From Squalus acanthias (Eukaryota): a stretch of DNA of 64,000 bases. This document shows positions 60,150 through 64,000 of the stretch, in pieces (within the stretch, counting starts at the first letter, position 1; each line of letters starts with the position of its first letter). Made by a program: the position numbers and the translations under genes. The notes under the pieces were generated by a model that saw only the letters and a list, made by a program, of their open reading frames with translations, was not told where the DNA came from and did not search any database. The stretch covers positions 11,594,001 through 11,658,000 of the forward strand of contig CM059432.1 of NCBI GenBank assembly GCA_030390025.1, written 5' to 3'.

Positions 60150-60985
60150 CCTGGCAGATGGAGTATAATGTGGGAAAATGTGAGATTATCCACTTTGGAA
60201 GGAAGAATGAAAAAACAAATTATTATTTAAATGGAGTGAGACTACAAAATGTTGCGGTTCAAAGGGATCTGGGGGTCCTCGTACATGAAACACAAAAAGT
60301 TAGCATGCAGGTACAGCAAGTAATTAGGAAGGCAAATGGAATGTTGGCCTTTATTGCAAGGAGTATGGAGTATAAAAGTAGGGAAGTTTTGATGCAACTT
60401 TACAGGGCGCTGGTGAGACCGCACCTGGAGTACTGCGTACAGTTTTGGTCTCCATATTTAAGGAAGGATATACTTGCATTGGAGGAAGTGCAGAGAAGGT
60501 TCACTAAGTTGATTCCTGGGATGAAGGCGGTTGACGTATGACGAAAGATTGAGCAGGTTGGGCCTATACTCATTGGAGTTTAGAAGAATGAAAGGTGATC
60601 TTATTGAAACATACAAGATTCTGAGGGGGCTCGACAGGGTAGATGCAGGGAGGATGTTTCCCCTAGTGGGGGTATCTAGAACTAGGGGGCATAGATTCAG
60701 AATAAGGGGTCGCCAATTTAAGACGGAGATGAGGAGGAATTTCTTCTCTCGGAGGGTCGTGAATCTTTGGAATTCTCTACCCCAGAGAACTGTGGAGGCT
60801 GGGTCATTGAATATATTCAAGGCGGAGATTGACGGACATTTGAACTACAAGGGAGTCAAGGGGTAGGGGGAGAGAGCGGGAAAGTGGTGCTGAGGCCAAG
60901 ATTGGATCAGCCATGGTCTTATTGAATGGCGGAGCAGGCTCGAGGGGCCGATTGGCCGACTCCTGCTCCTGTTTCTTATGTTATT
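60150..60985 (+). mobile_element. CR1 3' fragment
   Basis: ORFs 60158-60541 and 60531-60866 (one frameshift), plus 3' UTR. Confidence 0.92.
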
Positions 60986-61799
60986 GTTGCAATTCTTCCA
61001 GGCAATCTCTAAAGTGTGTTAATATGTTGTTAGTATTTGACTGTAGGCTGTCTGACAGACTCATGAGCCACTTGTAGTTCTGTTCCATCGAGACTGGTAA
61101 GCGATTGCAGCTGAGAGGAAACTGGCATTAATATTGTCAGGTTACAGATGAATCCTTTAGAATACAATAATTCTGGAAATTATTTGAAGGCAGCGGAGCG
61201 ATAGTTTGCTCTGCGACGTATACTCTTCACTTTAGGAACATTTCAGCCCCGCTCATTCTTCAGTCTACTTTTATCCACTGCCCTTCAGGGAAAGTCTTGA
61301 AGGATGCTTTTTAAAATAACATTTTAAAATAACTCTCCATGAAGGGCTAATTTTCTGAGACCAAACTGTGTGTTGACTCACCTACTTCGGACATTTAAAT
61401 GTGCTGAGCAATAAAACATCTGTAATAAACCGAATGGCCCTGAAATCCTGTAAGTTCTGGGTGCTTGGGACCTCCACAGCTGACCTCATCCAAAGTTTGT
61501 GGGTCGGGAGAGGTCCCAGAATTTGGCTGCCGATGGTGTGTGCCTGCGGCACCAGAGGTCCATCTAGGGTGCCTGTCATTGTAAGCAGGCCGGAAAGTCT
61601 GGCAAAGATGCTCGGAAGTTGTCCCGGACAGCCACCTTACAAAGGGGGCCTATGGGGGCAGCGCTCCATTATCAGAAAGGGGGCTACTTTAAAATCTTTA
61701 ATTTAAAAAAAAAAAAAATCTTTCTTAGGGGCTCCAAACCACAATCCTGGCTTTAATCCCCAGGTGGATTCCATAACTACCAGTTGTCAGGGAGGTCCC

Positions 61800-61884
61800 T
61801 CTGACCTGACTCGGTATATCTCCCAGTCTGAGCTGACTGGGTATATCTCCCCAGTCTGAGCTGACTTGGTATATCACCCAGTCT
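61800..61884. repeat. 27-bp minisatellite, left remnant (~3 units)
   Basis: Same unit as 63035-64000. Confidence 0.9.
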
Positions 61885-63034
61885 TGAAGGGCTATTTACT
61901 AGTCCCTTTAGGGCTACCCCGGATCAGGCGTATTTCTCAGACGTTCACTTTCAACTAAAGTTTGAGGTAGCCGAATCTTAAAGACGCTTAATTGGGTCTA
62001 AAGGTCTGGGCTATCTCTCCCTAAAGGAAAGGAACAACCCGAGAATGTTACCGTCCTCCAGATAGTGCTTTTAATAAGTTTAGCTAGACTGTAACGTCCC
62101 GGATATTATGAGGGTCCGGAAAACTCCCTCAGAATTCTGTAACTCTTCACCAAAGAGTGTGCAGAGATTGAGTCGCGAGTTATTGATACAGAAGAATTAT
62201 GTGAGATAATTCTAAAAATATATAGAGATTTATTAAAAGAACCGACATGCAATTTACAGTTGGTGAATCAGTCAATCGCAACGTTAACAGTTCTAAAAAG
62301 AGAAAAAATACTATCTTATTATTAACAGAGAATCTTACTTTTAAATCTTAACTTCGCTACAGTATTACAGTTCTTAAAGTTTTCGATACAGGATATCCAT
62401 CAATATCAAATACCTTTGATCCCCGAGGTACAAAGAGTTGGAGACCACAGAGCCGCCTCTGAAGCTGAGAATCGCTTTTCTCGATTTAAAGCGAGTCTGA
62501 TATCCCATTTGAAACTTCAATATTTATACCCTTTTTCAGTTGTATTTCCTTTAAAGTTTCTGCTGACCCAAGTTAATTATCCCTATTCATCTTTCTGCCG
62601 ACCTCTGCAATTCTTACTGATACATCAGCTTGTAATATTCCAGAATCTTGTCTCATCTCCAGGTATTCTGGGTTGACCATATAAAACGGTGTGAAGGGTA
62701 GGTGTTCCTTATTTTATGTCATCTTTACGAGGGCAGATGTTCCTTATCTTATGTGCCATCTTTACGAAGTTTAAATTAGAACACCTTATCCAGGGTGAAT
62801 CATTGTTTTTGTTCCCAAAGGTCAGCCTGTCGGAGCCCTTCACCTTCTGTTTCAATAAGGTTATTTATTCAGGGTCAACAACTGTCTTATCTCAATAGCC
62901 AGAATTCTTTCATAGCTATTTCATAGTTAGGTTTCTAAATTTCCAAACCCAGTTTGTCATGTTTTAATAAGGCCAGAATTCTTTCATAAGATACTGTATT
63001 TTTCTGAATAGGTTGTATGGCTTATTCCTTCACA
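61885..63034 (-). mobile_element. Solo LTR (~1.15 kb, ERV-like) inserted into the minisatellite
   Basis: Termini TGAAGG / CCTTCA(CA); TSD GTCT (4 bp) or CAGTCT (6 bp); minus-strand TATAAATA 62521-62528 and AATAAA 62229-62234; short direct repeats in the U3-like part. Confidence 0.75.
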
Positions 63035-64000
63035 GTCTGACCTGACTAGGCATATCTCCCAGTCTGAGCTGACTAGGTATATCTCCCTGACTGACCTGAC
63101 TAGGTATATCTCCCAGTCTGAGCTGACTAGGTATATCTCCCAGTCTGAGCTGACTAGTGAAATATCCCAGACTGACCTGACTAGGTATATCTCCCAGTCT
63201 GACCTGACTAGGTATATCTCCCAGTCTGAGCTGACTAGGTATATCTCCCAGTCTGAGCTGACTAGTGAAATATCCCAGACTGACCTGACTAGGTATATCT
63301 CCCAGTCTGAGCTGACTCGGTATATCTCCCAGTCTGACCTGACCCGGTATATCTCCCATTCTGAGCTGACTAGGTATATCTCCCAGTCTGAGCTGACTCG
63401 GTATATCTCCCAGTCTGACCTGACTAGGTATATCTCCCAGTCTGAGCTGACTAGGTATATCTCTCAGTCTGACCTGACTAGATATATCTCCCAGTCTGAC
63501 CTGACTCGGTATATCTCCCAGACTGACCTGACTAGGTATATCTCCCAGACTGACCTGACTAGGTATATCTCCCAGTCTGAGCTGACTAGGTATATCTCCC
63601 AGTCTGACCTGACCCGGTATATCTCCCAGTCTGAGCTGACTAGGTATATCTCCCAGTCTGACCTGACTAGGTATATCTCCCAGTCTGAGCTGACTAGGTA
63701 TATCTCCCAGACTGACCTGACTAGGTATATCTCCCAGTCTGAGCTGACTAGGTATATCTCCCAGACTGACCTGACCCGGTATATCTCCCAGTCTGAGCTG
63801 ACTAGGTATATCTCCCAGTCTGACCTGACTAGGTATATCTCCCAGTCTGACCTGACTAGGTATATCTCCCAGACTGACCTGACTAGGTATATCTCCCAGT
63901 CTGAGCTGACTAGGTATATCTCCCAGTCTGAGCTGACTAGGTATATCTCCCAGTCTGAGCTGACTCGGTATATCTCCCAGACTGAGCTGACTCGGTATAT
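63035..64000. repeat. 27-bp minisatellite, ~36 units, continuing past the window end
   Basis: Unit CAG(T/A)CTGA(G/C)CTGACT(A/C)GGTATATCTCC. Confidence 0.98.

Noticed and set aside
62090..63034. Alternative LTR left boundary at TGTAACG (62090)
   Set aside because: Gives no TSD; the boundary at 61885 gives inverted termini, a TSD and restores the minisatellite unit
63030..63359. ORF of LGDIPSQLR repeats
   Set aside because: By-product of a 27-bp minisatellite lacking stops in one frame; no splice or homology evidence

Overview
Repeat-dense vertebrate genomic DNA, almost certainly from a cartilaginous fish (shark). It carries HER1/CR1-type LINEs, HE1-type V-SINEs and SacSINE1-like DeuSINEs. 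No host protein-coding exon can be identified with confidence, so the window is probably intronic or intergenic, and most ORFs in the track are transposon fragments or noise. Contents: an RTE LINE fragment; many CR1 fragments, including one full-length copy nested in an older CR1; L2 3' ends; Penelope-like element (PLE) ends carrying eight minimal hammerhead-ribozyme motifs; a decayed two-gene Harbinger transposon; Harbinger, hAT and Tc1/pogo MITEs; two solo LTRs; three minisatellites; and a local duplication. The most striking observation is a second LINE family ('family B'). Its 5' end is a tRNA-derived Pol III head plus a SINE 'body' that runs in frame into the endonuclease-RT ORF, with no ORF1. 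Its sense strand lacks TTTT Pol III terminators, and its internal-deletion derivative is a SINE present three times in the window. This makes it a candidate Pol III-transcribed, protein-coding retrotransposon. Element boundaries were read by eye and are approximate unless a TSD or TIR is quoted.
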